A stretch of 64,000 nucleotides of DNA from Octopus sinensis (GCF_006345805.1 NC_043005.1:95790001-95854000); one strand, 5' to 3'. Numbered from the stretch's first letter, positions 37,801 to 52,285 are shown. Made by a program: numbers and translations. The notes: generated from the letters alone by a model not told the origin.

Positions 37801-39639
37801 GGAGCACATTCCATATCTGCTGTCTCTTTAAAACCATGCAGGCCTTTAAACTAGGTGGCCATCCAATCACAAAGCATTTTGGACACATCATCAACCATCT
37901 CTCTTACCTGAACCAAAAACAAAACATAAATGGCCACAATATTTCCATTTTGAGTGCAAACTCTTTGCTGGGTTGCCAACCACTCTCAGTGAACCCTAAG
38001 AATTCCAAATGATCATGTACCAAGTGCATACAACCTGTTTTAACTCAAACTTTTAAAGGTACTCAAACAAACTGTATTACAGAATTATCCTATCTCTATT
38101 GCACCCCACCTAGACATCAAGTAAATTTTGACTTTTAGTATTTCCTAAATAATTTGCTGCAGCTTGGGCTTACTATCCCACTAATGCATTGTTGAGTGCT
38201 CATTCTCACTGTTCACCACTATGTATGTGTATATGCAGGGAAATGTTACCTTACTTGGAAATAGGCCAGGGTTGGTTACAGGTAGAAAATTTATCTCAAC
38301 AATTTCCATCTGATGCATGAAAAAATGGCTGTTAAACTGATGAGGCTGATATCTGTATATGTCCGTTATTTGCTTGGCAATGTTTAAGCAACTCAATTCA
38401 GGACATGTTAACTCATATTTGGTACTTATATATAATCTTGGTGACTGTATGTTCTACGGAATCAAATGGCATTAATAAATACAAATAACTTTGTCCATTT
38501 TGATTTGAACAGTCGAACAATGATGATGATGATTGATTTGATTTCTCAGAAAAGTTTTTTAAAAAATGAAAAAAAGAAAAAATTAGCTGTTAAAGTTTTA
38601 ATAGCTTTAGTAAGTTTTCCAGACCTTTAAACCAAACTAAATAATTTAGAAGCAGCCTATACATGCTAAGAACCCCACACATGTTGATATAAAGTGTTTA
38701 GCATTTTAGTTTAAATTGACTTTCAACATTTCATCCACATACTAACGAAGGTTATCTCATTTTCATCAAGGAGCACAACGTTCTTATTTTTTTAAATGGT
38801 TTATTGAAGAATATCATCTGTCATATTGAACATGTTGGGCAATTACATGAAGAATCTGTCATTAAAAAAGAAATTAGTTGTTAGGAATATCAACTGCTGA
38901 AATGAAAGCGTAAAATTTAGAGATGTTAATTTTATATCATAGACAAATTATTGGCATTCGCATGAACATTAGCACTCGACAAGAAGTCACCTTAAATTCC
39001 ATTCTCATTGATTTTCACCCCTGTTCTAAGAACATATAATTAACTGACCATATTCTGTAGTACTTTTTCTGCCAAGAGTTTGTTCAATTTCACTTAATTG
39101 CTTTTATCTTTTGAGAGAAATAAACTAGAAAGGAATTCAACTAAACGGATTTGTACTCTCTGTTCAACAGAGAGATTACCTTTGTCTTGGAATGACTAGA
39201 ACAGCCATCTTTAGCCATAGAATATTTGGAAATTATCTGAAGATATTTGCTTGTATTGCCACATTAAGAATTGGTATTGCTTCTTTTTTTTTTTCTTTTT
39301 CTTTACCAAGAATGAACATTGTGAATGTTTTTGTGCTTTTGGACACACTGAATTCTATCAGAGATACTGTAAACTGTTTACTACTAATTTTGATTATTTT
39401 GTTCACTCTTACATTATTCCACTAGGTTTCATTTAGAAAAGCTTTGTCTTTGAGCCCCTAAATATGAGATGTTATGAAGTCAAATTAGACAGACAAGCCA
39501 CTTCTTTTCACACTCCTCCATTGGTTTCATTGTACACTGCTCCTTTCTTTGACCTCTTTCTGTTTTCTTATTCTCTTGTTTTTATCCTAATCTTTCTCTT
39601 CTTCAGTCTGAATTTATGAAGTAATATGTATTCATTCTG

Positions 39640-39990
39640 GGAATATTTCTAAGGACATTTATTAACAAATTTTCTTGTAAATCCCAACTGATTTTTGTTT
39701 CTTTTTCATACCAGTTTCCAGTTGTTTTTCTTTTCATATTTCTCTGTTCCTACGACATGTCTTAGCTTTTTCTATCAGTGTCAGTTATTTCTCACAGTGG
39801 TGTCTTCTGAAACTATCTATCCTGTATTGTGGGTTGCATGTCTGCCTTCTTATCTGCGAGATCTTTCCTTCTCTCTTCAACAATTGCCCAACTCTGGTTT
39901 CTGGGGGCCTGACTATTTGAATGTTTCCCTAACTTTTGACTTTCAGTCTCTCAATTTTTTTTTATTTTTTATTCACTCTTCTGTCAACAT
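39640..39990 (-). mobile_element. Degenerate LINE (RTE-like) fragment
   Basis: Minus strand gives WAIVEERRKDLADKK...WYEKE, resembling the RTE region upstream of the RT domain; contains stops. Confidence 0.4.
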
Positions 39991-40212
39991 CAGGTGAAAA
40001 AAGAGGTAAGGGAGGTAAGACTGTTTACTTACTGCTGCTGCTGCTGGTTTATATAAGTTGATGTTATCCTTGTTTTCTTTCATACTATGTTACTATATAT
40101 CCTGGTTAACTGAGTATTAGTTAAAAAAAACAAAAAATAATAATAAAATGAAAGTTTCCGAATTAAATAAATCAATTTCTAAATTCTGTAGATAAACAAA
40201 ACTTATAATGTC

Positions 40213-40615
40213 TTACTCTTTACTCTCTTTTACTCTTTTACTTGTTTCAGTCATTTGACTGTGGCCATGCTGGAGCACCGCCTTTAGTCGAGCAAATCGA
40301 CCCCAGGACTTATTCTTTGTAAGCCCAGTACTTATCCTATCGGTCTCTTTTGCCGAACCGCTAAGTGACGGGGACGTAAACACACCAGCATCGGTTGTCA
40401 AGCAATGCTAGGGGGACAAACACACACACATACACATATATACATATATACGACAGGCTTCTTTCAGTTTCCGTCTACCAAATCCACTCACAAGGCATTG
40501 GTCGGCCTGGGGCTAAAGCAGAAGACACTTGCCCAAGATGCCATGCAGTGGAACTGAACCCGGAACCATGTGGTTGGTTAGCAAGCTGCTTACCACACAG
40601 CCACTCCTGCGCCTA
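40213..40615 (-). mobile_element. SINE family A, full-length copy
   Basis: Complete head, internal microsatellite and (GAGTAAAA)n tail on the minus strand. Confidence 0.9.
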
Positions 40616-40807
40616 TCTTAGTTCAGATACTTTTTTTTTTAACACCTGGAATGAATTATTAGTATGGTACTTGTGTACTTGCTAACTGTTATTAACAAGC
40701 CTAGTCATTAACAAATACATGAATATGGCATGTCATTAGTTGATAGTGAAAGACATTTTAATGAGAGAACAATGCTGATAATAATAATAACAATAATGAT
40801 GATAATG

Positions 40808-40845
<38 letters not shown>

Positions 40846-42039
40846 CAATGATGATAATAATGGTTTCAAGTTTTGGCACAGGGCCAGCAGTTTTTGAGAG
40901 GAGGGTGAAGTCTACTACATTAACCCCTGTACTTGTCTGGAACTTATTTTATTGATCCCAAAAGGGTTGAGGGGAAAGTTGACCTCAGTTAAATTTTAAT
41001 TCAGGATGTAAAAATGGATGGAAAGCTGCTAAACATTTTGTCTGGCATACTGTTCTGCCAGCTCATTGCCTTTGATAATAACAATAATAATAGATATCAT
41101 CATTATCATCAACATTTATCATCCATTTTCCATGCTGGCATGGGCTGGACAGCTTGACAGGAACTGGCAAGGCCATAGACCGGAGCAGTATCCATAGTTT
41201 GTTTTTGCCTGATTTCTATGGCTGGATGCCCTTCCTAATGCCAACCACTTTACAGAGTATACTGGGTGCTTTTGATGTGGCACCATCACCAGTACTTTTT
41301 ATGTGGTTCCAGCATTCACACGAATGCTTTTACAGGCACCTTGATTTTAGGATCTCAATTTTGTTGTAGTAGACAGGGGATCTTGAGGACAGTAATGCAC
41401 CCCATACCTTTGACATCTTCTTCATAGGGTTCAGCAGTTTGAGATGATGATGATAATAATAATAATAATTGTTTCTAATTTAGGTACAAAGCCTGCAGTT
41501 TTGATGGGAGAAAGGGGCTAGTCAATTATATTAATCCCAGTACTTAACTGGTACTTTATTTTATAAAAAGTAAATTTGTCCCCAGCGGAATTTGAACTCA
41601 GAACATAAATAGCCAGAGGAGATACTGCAAAGCATTTCATCTGACATACTAACGATTCTTTCAATCCACTTAATAATAATTCTTTTATACAAACACATTA
41701 AACATATTCAAATATCTTATTTGAAAACCAATACGTGACTACCTTCTTTGCCTTTATAGAAAGCATAACAATAATGTAATAATATAGATAAGGTGCTTAC
41801 AGCAGGAATCAAAAACCTGATATTAAGATATAAGCAACCAATTTGATAAAACAAAGGAACTGTCCAGAGACAGTTTTTGATTACACCACAGAGCACCTCT
41901 GATAAATCCATGGTTCCAGTTCCCCCAATGGGCTTTTTTCATTTTTCTGTCTTAAGTTGGTGCTTATAATATTTAATATCATTTACATTAACTTCCGATC
42001 TGTTATTTCTAACTGCAGTCATTTCTGTATTATTATCAA

Positions 42040-43614
42040 TAGCATACTGGACAAAATGCTTAACAACGTTTCTTCTGACTCTTCACATTCTGAGTTCAAA
42101 TGCCACTGAGGTCGACTTTGTCTTTCATCCTTTTGGGGCTGATAAATTAAGTACCAGTGAAACACTGGGATCAATGTAATCTACTTGTCCCATCCCCACG
42201 AATTTCAAGCCTTGTGCCTATAGTAGAAAGGATTATTATTATTATTATTAAGGCAAGCTGGCAGAATTGTTCACATGTCAGACAAAATACTTAGTGACAT
42301 TGCTTCCAGCTCTTTATGTTTTTGAGTTCAAGTTCTGTCATGGTCGATTTTGCCTTTCATTCTTTTAGAGTCAATAAAATAAGTGCCAGTCAAGTACTGG
42401 GATTGATGTAATCAACTTGTTCCCTACCCTCAAAATTGCTGACATTGTGCCAAAATTTGAAATTATTATTATTATTATTTGGATGGTGGATTGGCAGAAT
42501 CATTGGACTATTGGATTGAAATGTTTTGCGGTATTTGTTCTGACTCTTAATGTCCCGAGTTCAAATCTCACCAAGGTTAACTGTGTCTTTTCACCCTTCC
42601 AGTGCCAAGAAAATCAAGTACCAGTCAAATACTGGAGTCAGTGGTATGAACTAAACACTCTCCTTTCATGAAAGTTACAGCTGATCTCAGAGCCAGAACA
42701 AATATATTGCAACACTTTTTTTGTGTTATACTCTAATAATTCTGTTAAATCATTAAATGATATAAATTACATTTAGGAAAAAAAAAAAAATAAAAATGGC
42801 AGTTGATGGTAGAATTCCAAAAGTGACAAACAAAAATGCAACATCTTGTTTCATAGCTCTGCATTCTGTTCAAATTCAACCAGACTTGCCTTTCCCTTTA
42901 ATCCATCCAAAGTTAATATAATAAAGTACCAGTCAGATACAGGGGATCAATTGTAAATTAACTTTAATTGTCCTGAAAAATTGATGGCTTTGTTTTTGTG
43001 TCAGAAATTATTATTAACTGAATTTTACATTTTGAGTTCAAATCCTGCTGAGGATTTGAATGTCTTCCCTCCATAAAGTACCAGTCAAGTATTGAAGTGT
43101 ATAGTATCAACTGCTACTCTCTCCCTTTAAGTTGCTGGTCTTGTGCCTAAATCAGAAACCATATTATCATTAAGAGGGTGAGCTGGCAGAACCGTTAGCA
43201 CACTGGGCAAAATGCTTAGCTGTATTTCGTCTGCCACTACATTCTCAGTTCAAATTCTGCCAAGGTCAACTTTGCCTTTCATCCTTTCGGGGTCGATAAA
43301 TTAAGTGGCAATCAAGTACTGAGGTTGGTGTGGTCAACTATCCCCCTCCCCACAAATTCCAGGCCTTGTGCCTTTAGTAGAAAAGATTATTATTATTATT
43401 AAGGCTGCAAGCTGGCAGAATCGTTAGCATGCTGGGCAAAATGCTTAGTGGCATTTCATCTGTCTTTACATTCTGAGTTCAAATTCCATCAAGGTCAACT
43501 TTGTCTTTCATCCTTTCGGGGTTGATAAATTAAGTACCAGTGAAACACTGAGGTTAATGTAATCGACTAGTCTCCTCCTCTAAAATTTCAGGCCTTGTGC
43601 CTTTAGTAGAAAGG

Positions 43615-43653
<39 letters not shown>

Positions 43654-44400
43654 TTATTATCGTTATTATTATTATGGCTTAGCAGAATCATTGTAATATT
43701 GATCAAAATGCTTTAGGGTATTTGCTCTGGCGCTCCATGTTCCAACTTCAAATCCCCCAGGAATCAATAAGGAACCAGTGAAGTACTGCAATTGATGTAA
43801 CTGAGTAACCTCCTCTCAAAATTGCTGGCCTTTACCTAAATGAGAAGCAATTATGATTCAAGATCTTTCTATCCTGAGCTCAAATCCCATCAAGGTCAAC
43901 TTTGCTTTTCACCCTTTCAGGGGTCAATAAAATAAAGTACCAGTCAAGTACTGGGGTTGATGTAATCTTGCTCCCCCCCTCAACCGTGTACAGAAATTAG
44001 AAACCATGAGCTGGTAGAATCGTGAGCATGTTGGGCAAAATACTTAGCATTTTTTTCTGGCTCTTTACATTCTGAGTTCAAATTCCACTGAGGTTGACTT
44101 TACCTTTCATCCTTCTGGAAGTCAATAAATTAAGTACCAGTTGAACACTCAGGTCAATGTATTTGACTAGAACCCCCTCCTGCCAGATTTCAGGCCCTGA
44201 GCCTCTAGTAGAAAGGACTATTATTATTAAGGTGGTGAACTGACTTTTGGTATTTTTTCCAGCTTCATGTTCTGAGTTTAAACCTCGCCGAAGACAACTT
44301 TCCCTTTCATCTTTTAGAAGTCAATAAAATAAGTTCTAGTTGAAACTCTGGGATCAATTTAAATTAACTTGCCCATCCCCTCAAAATTACTGGTTTTTGT
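42040..44400 (+). repeat. Head-to-tail array of about 11 SINE-B-related units separated by (ATT)n
   Basis: AAGTACCAG-type core recurs near 42148, 42380, 42615, 42923, 43075, 43302, 43531, 43770, 43935, 44132 and 44330, all on the + strand. Confidence 0.8.
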
Positions 44401-46514
44401 AATCCCTAGCCTGACAATGCGACCAAGGAGCTATGCTGGTTTGAAATAAACACTGCAGGCTCAGAAGTGCTACCAAGCAGGACTGTCCAAGGTGCTTGCA
44501 AAGCACCTTACTGCATGCATTTGTGCAGTGTCAACCATTGCTGATTTGTGAAGTTATGTTGAACAGCTGCTATCATGTGTGGGATGGATCTATCAGCTGA
44601 ACCTATTGTGAGGATTACCTCGCCACTCACCTCTAACAAGGCAGGGCAGGCCTGTTTCTCTGTGTAGTCACTATGACAAAAAAGGTTATGTGGTGGATGA
44701 AACTAAAAGGATTGAGAAAAGACATCTCCCTCTTCAGTCAAGCACAGTGAGATTGGAGAGACAAATGTGCTTTCAGTAAATTTCTAAAAAGATAGGTCAC
44801 TGTGGCAAAAATGCTTAGGGTAAATGGCCCTACTCTAGACATGCACATGTAAATTGGAGAACAACAGTTGGGCGAAGATGTATCTGTGGGCTGCCTTGAT
44901 CTACCCAACTTGGAGTTTCTCCTTTATCAAGGACACTGCATCATCCGTTATCACACAATTGTATACTTTGTGCACTTTTATCTCATTTCACTGTTTTTTC
45001 CCCATTTCTTTCTCCTCATCTTCTATGTGGAACCTCACAAATTGTCGACTGCCCTTGTAATGTACCCCTTCTCTATGCTCTTATAGCTAATAAAGAAAAC
45101 ATTATTATTAACATCAACGATGAGGAGAGCAATTTGAAGCACATGACTGAGACTGTAAAATGTAATTTTTCATACTGTATACTATTACACACCTAACCAG
45201 GATATAATGATAACAAATTGGTGGTGGTGGTGGTGGTTGATGCATGTTGTAACTTCTTACTATATCAACTGGTTATTGTCTGTACTACTGGTCAATGGTG
45301 CATGGTTCTATTCTACTCAGTGGCAAGGGCTTTTTTGTTTCTTTTTTTTATATGTTTTTTTTTATTTTGTCCTCTGCGAAACTGGGAACCCCTACTCAAT
45401 CAGTTCAGATTGATTCCACATATCATCCTATCCTATGCTGTAATATTCATTGTTAGTCAGAGGAGTGAAAAATAAGGTTCTGAAAGTTGTTAGTAATGTT
45501 TCGAATAGCCACATTACAGATTCTAGATTTCTTTAAAAAATTATTATATAATTTATAATAATAAAAAAAAGGCCTTTTTTGAAAATAAATTTTTTTTGTT
45601 CGAACCACTGCTGAATTTCTATTTATTTATTGTTTTCAACTTACCTAATATCTTCATTTGCTAATTCAATCCTGTCAATTTAAACTATTTGTTTAAAGCA
45701 CTTAGTGTACGAAAATATTTTTGTGTTTACAAATATTGTCTATTTTATGGAAAACTATACAACATAAAATAGAGGGAAGGTTGTGGCACTTAGCAAATGT
45801 TGATGTCTTTCTGTAAGCACTCAATTTTTGTTTGTTTTTTTCATTTTTACTTTCATTATTATTATTATTATTATTCACACTTCCCTGTTAGACCTTTTTT
45901 GCATGAAACAATGTTTCAAATTTACCTTAAATTGCCCTTTTTTTTTTTTTAGTTATTATAATTGATCTTTTAATTTCATTTTCAATGTACCAAATGAACT
46001 TGTTCTTTTGAATTTTGTTTCCAAGTTGGAGCAATCTTTTCAAAGATTTAAAAATAGTAAATAGTTAAATTTGACAAAAATGTTAATAAACTGCACCAAG
46101 TTTTATAACTTCAACAATTTGCATCCTTCATGTTACAATTGATTTAAATCTAATTAAATTAGCATAAGGCTTTTTTTTTTGTTTATTTTTCTGTCAGTCA
46201 GAAGAATCAATCCATTTTGTATTATCCTAAAACCTTTTGTTACTATTTTGGTCAGTTCTTCATCTTAAAACGTTTACAAAATAATTTAGAAGATATCAAA
46301 TGTTTTGGTCGTCATTGGTTTTATATTAATAATTGTGCTATTCCCTTGTGAGCAGTTTTATTTAATTTCTTTCCTTTTTTTATGTTGTTGTTGATGTTTA
46401 TTTTCATTTTTAAAACTTGACTCTATCTGAAATAAATTGTTGCTTAGCATTGTTGTAATCATCTATATAAATTGAAATAGCAGAATAGCTGAACACCAGA
46501 AACTCTGTGAGTGT

Positions 46515-48251
46515 GTATAATGTAGTCAATTATGTGAATAAACAAATTAAATATAACAGCTTGGGTTTGATACACAAAATATTTATATATATATATAAAG
46601 GGAAAGTTTACGAAAATAAACAAAAGACAAAGGCAGGTGGAGTACAAACAAACAAATATATTAGTAGAGCACTCAGGAATAGAAAGATACACAGAAAAAA
46701 ACAAGGAGAGAAAAAAAATGTGTGTAGGAGCTAACAATCTATCATGGCGTCCTGACTTCAGACAATGGTCAAACGCGAGAGGGATAGTAGGGGAGATAAC
46801 AGGGTCAAGTGACTTCCAATACGAAGGTGCCCCCAACACAAAGGTGCATGTGGTCTGGACGTGTGTGTGTGGGTGGTGTATTGTGATGTGATGTGTAATG
46901 TTGTATGGTGTGGGGAGGTGGGGGAGGCGAGAGTGGGGAAAGCACAGGTGGGGTGTGGGTTTGGCTGGGGGTTGTGGGTAGATAGAGGGTGGGGGAAGGG
47001 GTGGGAAGGTGGAGTAGGGGTGAAAAGATGTAGGAGTGAAGAGAAGTAGGAGGAGGGGAGGAGGTTAGATTAAAAGAGGGGAGAGTTGAGCCCAAATGGC
47101 GTAAAAGAGCGAAGAGAGAAGATTAATCCCTGTTCACAGCGCAAGCGGGAATCCGGATGGCCTCTGTGCAAGGACAATCCGAACACAGACAGGTGTTGCA
47201 AGGAGTGACCGGGGGAGCAGAAATGGCGTGAGACTGGAGTGTCATTGGCGAGGCGGATGTCTTGGAGGTGTTCTGTGAACCGGTCAGTCAAGCGGCGTCC
47301 CGTTTGTCCGATGTACAGGGAATGGCAGAGAGAGCAGGAGATGCAATAGATGATATTGCTGGAGGTGCAGGTGAAGGAGTTGATGATGCAATAGGGTCGA
47401 TGATGGGTGCCAGTGAGGAGGGTGGTGTTGGAGAGGTAAGGGCAAGTGCAGCAGGGGAATGAGCCAGGTTGGGAGGTAGGGTTGGGGAAGAAGCTGTGGA
47501 CCAAGATGTCTCGTAGGTTATGGGCTCATTTGAAGGAGAGGAGAGGTTGGTTAGGGAAGAGGTGTGAAGTGGACAGGTCGGACTGGAGATGCCAGAAAGC
47601 TCAAAGAATGGTGTGTTGGAGAGGTACAGTGGTGGGGTGGTAAGTGAGGGGAAAAGGGAGGCGGGAGACTGCAGGGCAGGTTCGGGGAAGAGAGCAGATG
47701 CACGGTCTACGGAACGTGCTCTGGCAAGGGCGGTGTGGATAGTGGTGAGGGGATATCCACGTAGGATGAAGTGGCAAGCCATGAGTTGAGACTGAGTCTC
47801 AAAGTCATGGTTGTCACTACAGAGCCTACATAGATGGAGGAATTGGGAATAGGGGATGGAAAGCTTGGTGTGTTTGGGGTGGGAGGAAGAGAAGTTTAGG
47901 TATGAGTGTGAGTCTGTGTGTTTGTAGTGAATGGAGGTGGTAAGAGTGGAGTAATGAATGCTGACCAAAATATCAAGAAAGGAGACAGAGGTGTTGGAGA
48001 TAGTGCAGGAGAAGTGGAGGGCAAGATGGAAGGATTTAACAAAAGAGAGGAAGGAGTCTAGATGTTCGCGGGAGAGTGAGGTGGCACTGATACAGACATC
48101 AATATAACGACCGTATAGTTCAGGAGTGGGACCAGTGAAACTAGAGAATATTTGGGCCTCAACATAGCCAACGAACAGGTTTGCATAGTTGGGGCCCATT
48201 CTCGTTCCCACGGCCACTCCTGAGTTTTGTTGGTAGAACTCACCCACGAAC
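46515..48251 (-). mobile_element. 5'-truncated Penelope-like retroelement (RT plus Cys-rich GIY-YIG), defective
   Basis: RT frame EFYQQNSGVAVGTRMGPNYANLFVG...YGRYIDV...FLDI...K-TDSHSYL...HP; a second frame gives FPCCTC...FTCTSSNIIYCISCSLC..LYIGQTGRRLTDRFTEH...EQ..IF.L....P.GLN. Confidence 0.9.
47070..48245 (-). pseudogene. PLE reverse transcriptase / GIY-YIG pseudogene
   Basis: Catalytic YIDD reads YIDV, and a frameshift separates the RT/thumb (ORF 47288-48319) from the endonuclease (ORF 47070-47504). Confidence 0.88.
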
Positions 48252-48536
48252 GAGAGACAGCAAAGACTCAAGATTTTCAGACAAATATTTAAGTGTGAAT
48301 ATATAGATATTTCTGTCAATAGATCGAATTACACAGAATACAAATAACAGAGATTTAAAGGGGAAGAGGTAAGGTGTTATAAGTCCCCTAGAAACAGCTG
48401 TTGGACTTATAACAGCTTACCTCTTCCCCTTTAATTCTCTTTGTCATTTATACTCTGTGTAAATTTGATCTAGTGATATAAATATCTATATGCTTATACT
48501 TAAATATTCATCATCTGAAAGTCTTTGCTTTCTTTC
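48252..48536. repeat. Long imperfect fold-back (about 135-bp arms, 16-nt loop) at the PLE 5' junction
   Basis: 48252-48386 pairs with 48403-48536; inner arms GTTATAAGTCC/GGACTTATAAC are perfect. Confidence 0.85.
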
Positions 48537-48862
48537 TGTTTGCATGTATATATATATATTGTATATCAAACCCAAGCTGTTATATTTCATTTGTTTATCC
48601 ACATAATTGCCCCCATATCTACTTGCTTTGAATCCTCTTATAGCCACTTTTTACTCTGTGGAATTGGTCCTTCATAAAGACATCAGAGCCTAAGTTCGAA
48701 TCATTTGAGCATTACTGAGTGTTTTCTATACCATGAATCCCTGGACCTCATCTGTTGACTATCTATATAATGTAGTCATTGATTATGACCAATCAGAATG
48801 TTAACATTAGTATCACGTCTATTTTTGTTCTTAGCAACACAGGTGACTTGTCAGTTCTGCTG

Positions 48863-48901
<39 letters not shown>

Positions 48902-48957
48902 TATATATAGTATATATATATATATTATAGATATATATATATATATGTATATATATT

Positions 48958-48990
<33 letters not shown>

Positions 48991-48998
48991 TGTATATT

Positions 48999-49102
<104 letters not shown>

Positions 49103-49165
49103 TATATATATATTATATATATAATCATTATAATTAATTTTATTGTATCGCATTTATCTTTGTTT

Positions 49166-49413
49166 ATATATATCATCATCATCATCATCATCGTTTAACG
49201 TCCGTTTTCCGCGCTAGCACGGGTTGGACGGTTTCGACCAGGGTCTGGGGAGCTCGGGACTACCCCAGGCTCCAGTCTAGTCTGGCAGTGTTTCTACAGC
49301 TGGATGCCCTTCCTAACGCCAACCACTCCGCGAGTGTAGTGGGTGTTTTTTACGTGCCACCTGCACAGGTGCCAGAGGGGTCTGGCATCGGCCACGTTCG
49401 GATGGTGCTTTTT
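49166..49413 (-). mobile_element. RTE 3'-end repeat (family C)
   Basis: (CAT)n CGTTTAACGTCCG ... GCTGGATGCCCTTCCTAACGCCAACC. Confidence 0.75.
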
Positions 49414-49414
49414 A

Positions 49415-50372
49415 TGGGGGGGGGGTGCAGAAATATAGGGGAGCACAGTGGGAGGGGTGGTTCAGAGGACAGGTTCTAGGCAAGTAGACGTAGGATATCG
49501 AGAGAGGGGTAATGCATGGTGAAATAGCGTATTGAAGAGGGGGGTTCAAAGAGTAGACACCTATAATGGTGGTGGGGGGGTGCAGAAATATAGGGGAGCA
49601 CCAGTGGGAGGGGTGGTTCTGAGGACAGGTTCTAGGCAAGTAGAACGTAGGATATCGAGAGAGGGGTAATGCATGGTGAAATAGCGTATTGAAGAGGGGG
49701 GTTCAAAGAGTAGACACCTATAATGGTGGTGGGGGGGTGCAGAAATATAGGGGAGCACCAGTGGGAGGGGTGGTTCAGAGGACAGGTTCTAGGCAAGTAG
49801 AACGTAGGATATCGAAAGAGGGGTAATGCATGGTGGTGAAATAGCGTATTGAAGAGGTGGGTTCAAAGAGTAGACACCTATAATGGTGGTGGTGGGGGAT
49901 GCAGAAATATAGGGGAGCACCAGTGGGAGGGGTGGTTCAGAGGACAGGTTCTAGGCAAGTAGAACGTAGGTAGGATATCGAGAGAGGGGTAATGCATGGT
50001 GAAATAGCGTATTGAAGAGGGGGGTTCAAAGAGTAGACACCTATAATGGTGGTGGGGGGGTGCAGAAATATCGGGGAGCACCAGTGGGAGGGGTGTTGTT
50101 CAGAGGACAGGTTCTAGGCAAGTAGAACGTAGGATATCGAAAGAGGGGTAATGCATGGTGAAATAGCGTATGAAGAGGGGGGTTCAAAGAGTAGACACCT
50201 ATAATGGTGGTGGTGGGGGGCGCAGAAATATAGGGGAGCAACAGTGGGAGGGGTGGTTCAGAGGACAGGTTCTAGGCAAGTAGAATGTAGAATATCGAGA
50301 GAGGGGTAATGCATGGTGAAATAGCGTATTGAAGAGGGGGGTTCAAAGAGTAGACACCTATAATGGTGGTGG
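49415..50372. repeat. Minisatellite, 6 units of about 155-162 bp
   Basis: YGCAGAAATA anchors at 49426, 49581, 49738, 49900, 50061 and 50221; units are highly similar. Confidence 0.95.
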
Positions 50373-50687
50373 GAGAAACAAAATCCGGTATAGTTGGAGC
50401 AAAATAGAGATATCCGGTATTGGTGGTGGTGGGGCTGGATAGGGCGGGCGCGCCGCGAAGAATCGGCGGCCAATTCGATCAGCCCTGTAAGGGAGATAGA
50501 TCTTAAATATCTATAACGATAACTAATGAATTATACAGAATATGCAAAAACGAGGCGAGGCTGAAATAGTAAACAGAGTGGCGACTAGGGGGATCGGAAT
50601 AATACTAATTAATAAATAATAATAAATAGAGATACGGGGTGAATTAAAGTTCAAAGATTTCTTATCTGGGATCACTTCGTTTACGGA

Positions 50688-50950
50688 CATATATATATAT
50701 ATATATATTATATAGATATATATATATATATATATAGATATATATATTATATATATATATATATATATGTATATAATATATATTTATATATATATATGTA
50801 TATTATATATATATATGTATATTTATATATATATATGTATATTTATATATATATATGTATATTTATAATATATAGTATATTATATATATAGGTATATTTA
50901 TATATATATATGTATATTTATATATATATGTATATTTATATATATATGTA

Positions 50951-50987
<37 letters not shown>

Positions 50988-51019
50988 TTTATATATATGT
51001 ATATTATTATATATATATG

Positions 51020-51055
<36 letters not shown>

Positions 51056-51289
51056 TTATATATATATATTATATATGTATATATATATATGTATATTTAT
51101 ATATATATAGTATATTATATATATATGTATATTTATATATATATATGTATATATTTATATATATATAGTATATATTTATATATATATGTATATTTATATA
51201 TATATATGTATATTTATAATATATTGTATATTAATATATATATGTATATTATATATATATATTGTATATTTATAATATAGTAGTATATA

Positions 51290-51339
<50 letters not shown>

Positions 51340-51658
51340 GTATATTTTATATATATATGTATATTATATATATATATGTATATTATATATATATATGTAT
51401 ATTTATATATATATATATATATTATATAGATATTTATATATATATATGTATATTTAATATATATATGTATATTTATATCTATATTATATATATATATATA
51501 ATATATATGTATATATATATATTTATATATATATGGATTTTATATATATATATGATATTATATATAATATATGATATATTTATATATATATGTATATTTA
51601 ATATATATATATTTATATATATATAGTATATTATATATATATTTATATATGTATATTG

Positions 51659-51689
<31 letters not shown>

Positions 51690-51763
51690 TATATATATAT
51701 GTAATTTATATATATGTATATATTTAATATATCTATATATATATATATATATATATGGATATT

Positions 51764-51797
<34 letters not shown>

Positions 51798-51799
51798 AT

Positions 51800-51830
<31 letters not shown>

Positions 51831-52154
51831 GTAATATATATGTATATTATATGTATATATATATGTATATTATGTATATATATATATATATGTATATTTA
51901 TGTTATATATATATATATATATGTATATTTATGTATATATATATATATATATGTATATTTTGTATATATATATATATCTATATGTTTATGTGTATATATA
52001 TATATATATCTATATATGTAATTTAGTATATATATCTATTATATATGTATATTATGTGTATATATATATATATATGTATATTTAGGTGTATATATATATA
52101 TATGTATTTTATGTTATATATATATATATAGTATATATATATATATATATATGT

Positions 52155-52212
<58 letters not shown>

Positions 52213-52215
52213 ATG

Positions 52216-52285
<70 letters not shown>

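Noticed and set aside
46741-46800. Possible hammerhead near the 3' end of the second PLE (CCTGACTTCAGACAATGGTCAAACGCG)
   Set aside because: Antisense to the ORF; the core lacks GA at positions 8-9, GAAAC lacks its G and there is no NUH triplet. Too degenerate to call.
49415-50372. Regular repeat array as a possible CRISPR
   Set aside because: Whole units are near-identical with no unique spacers, and the context is eukaryotic.
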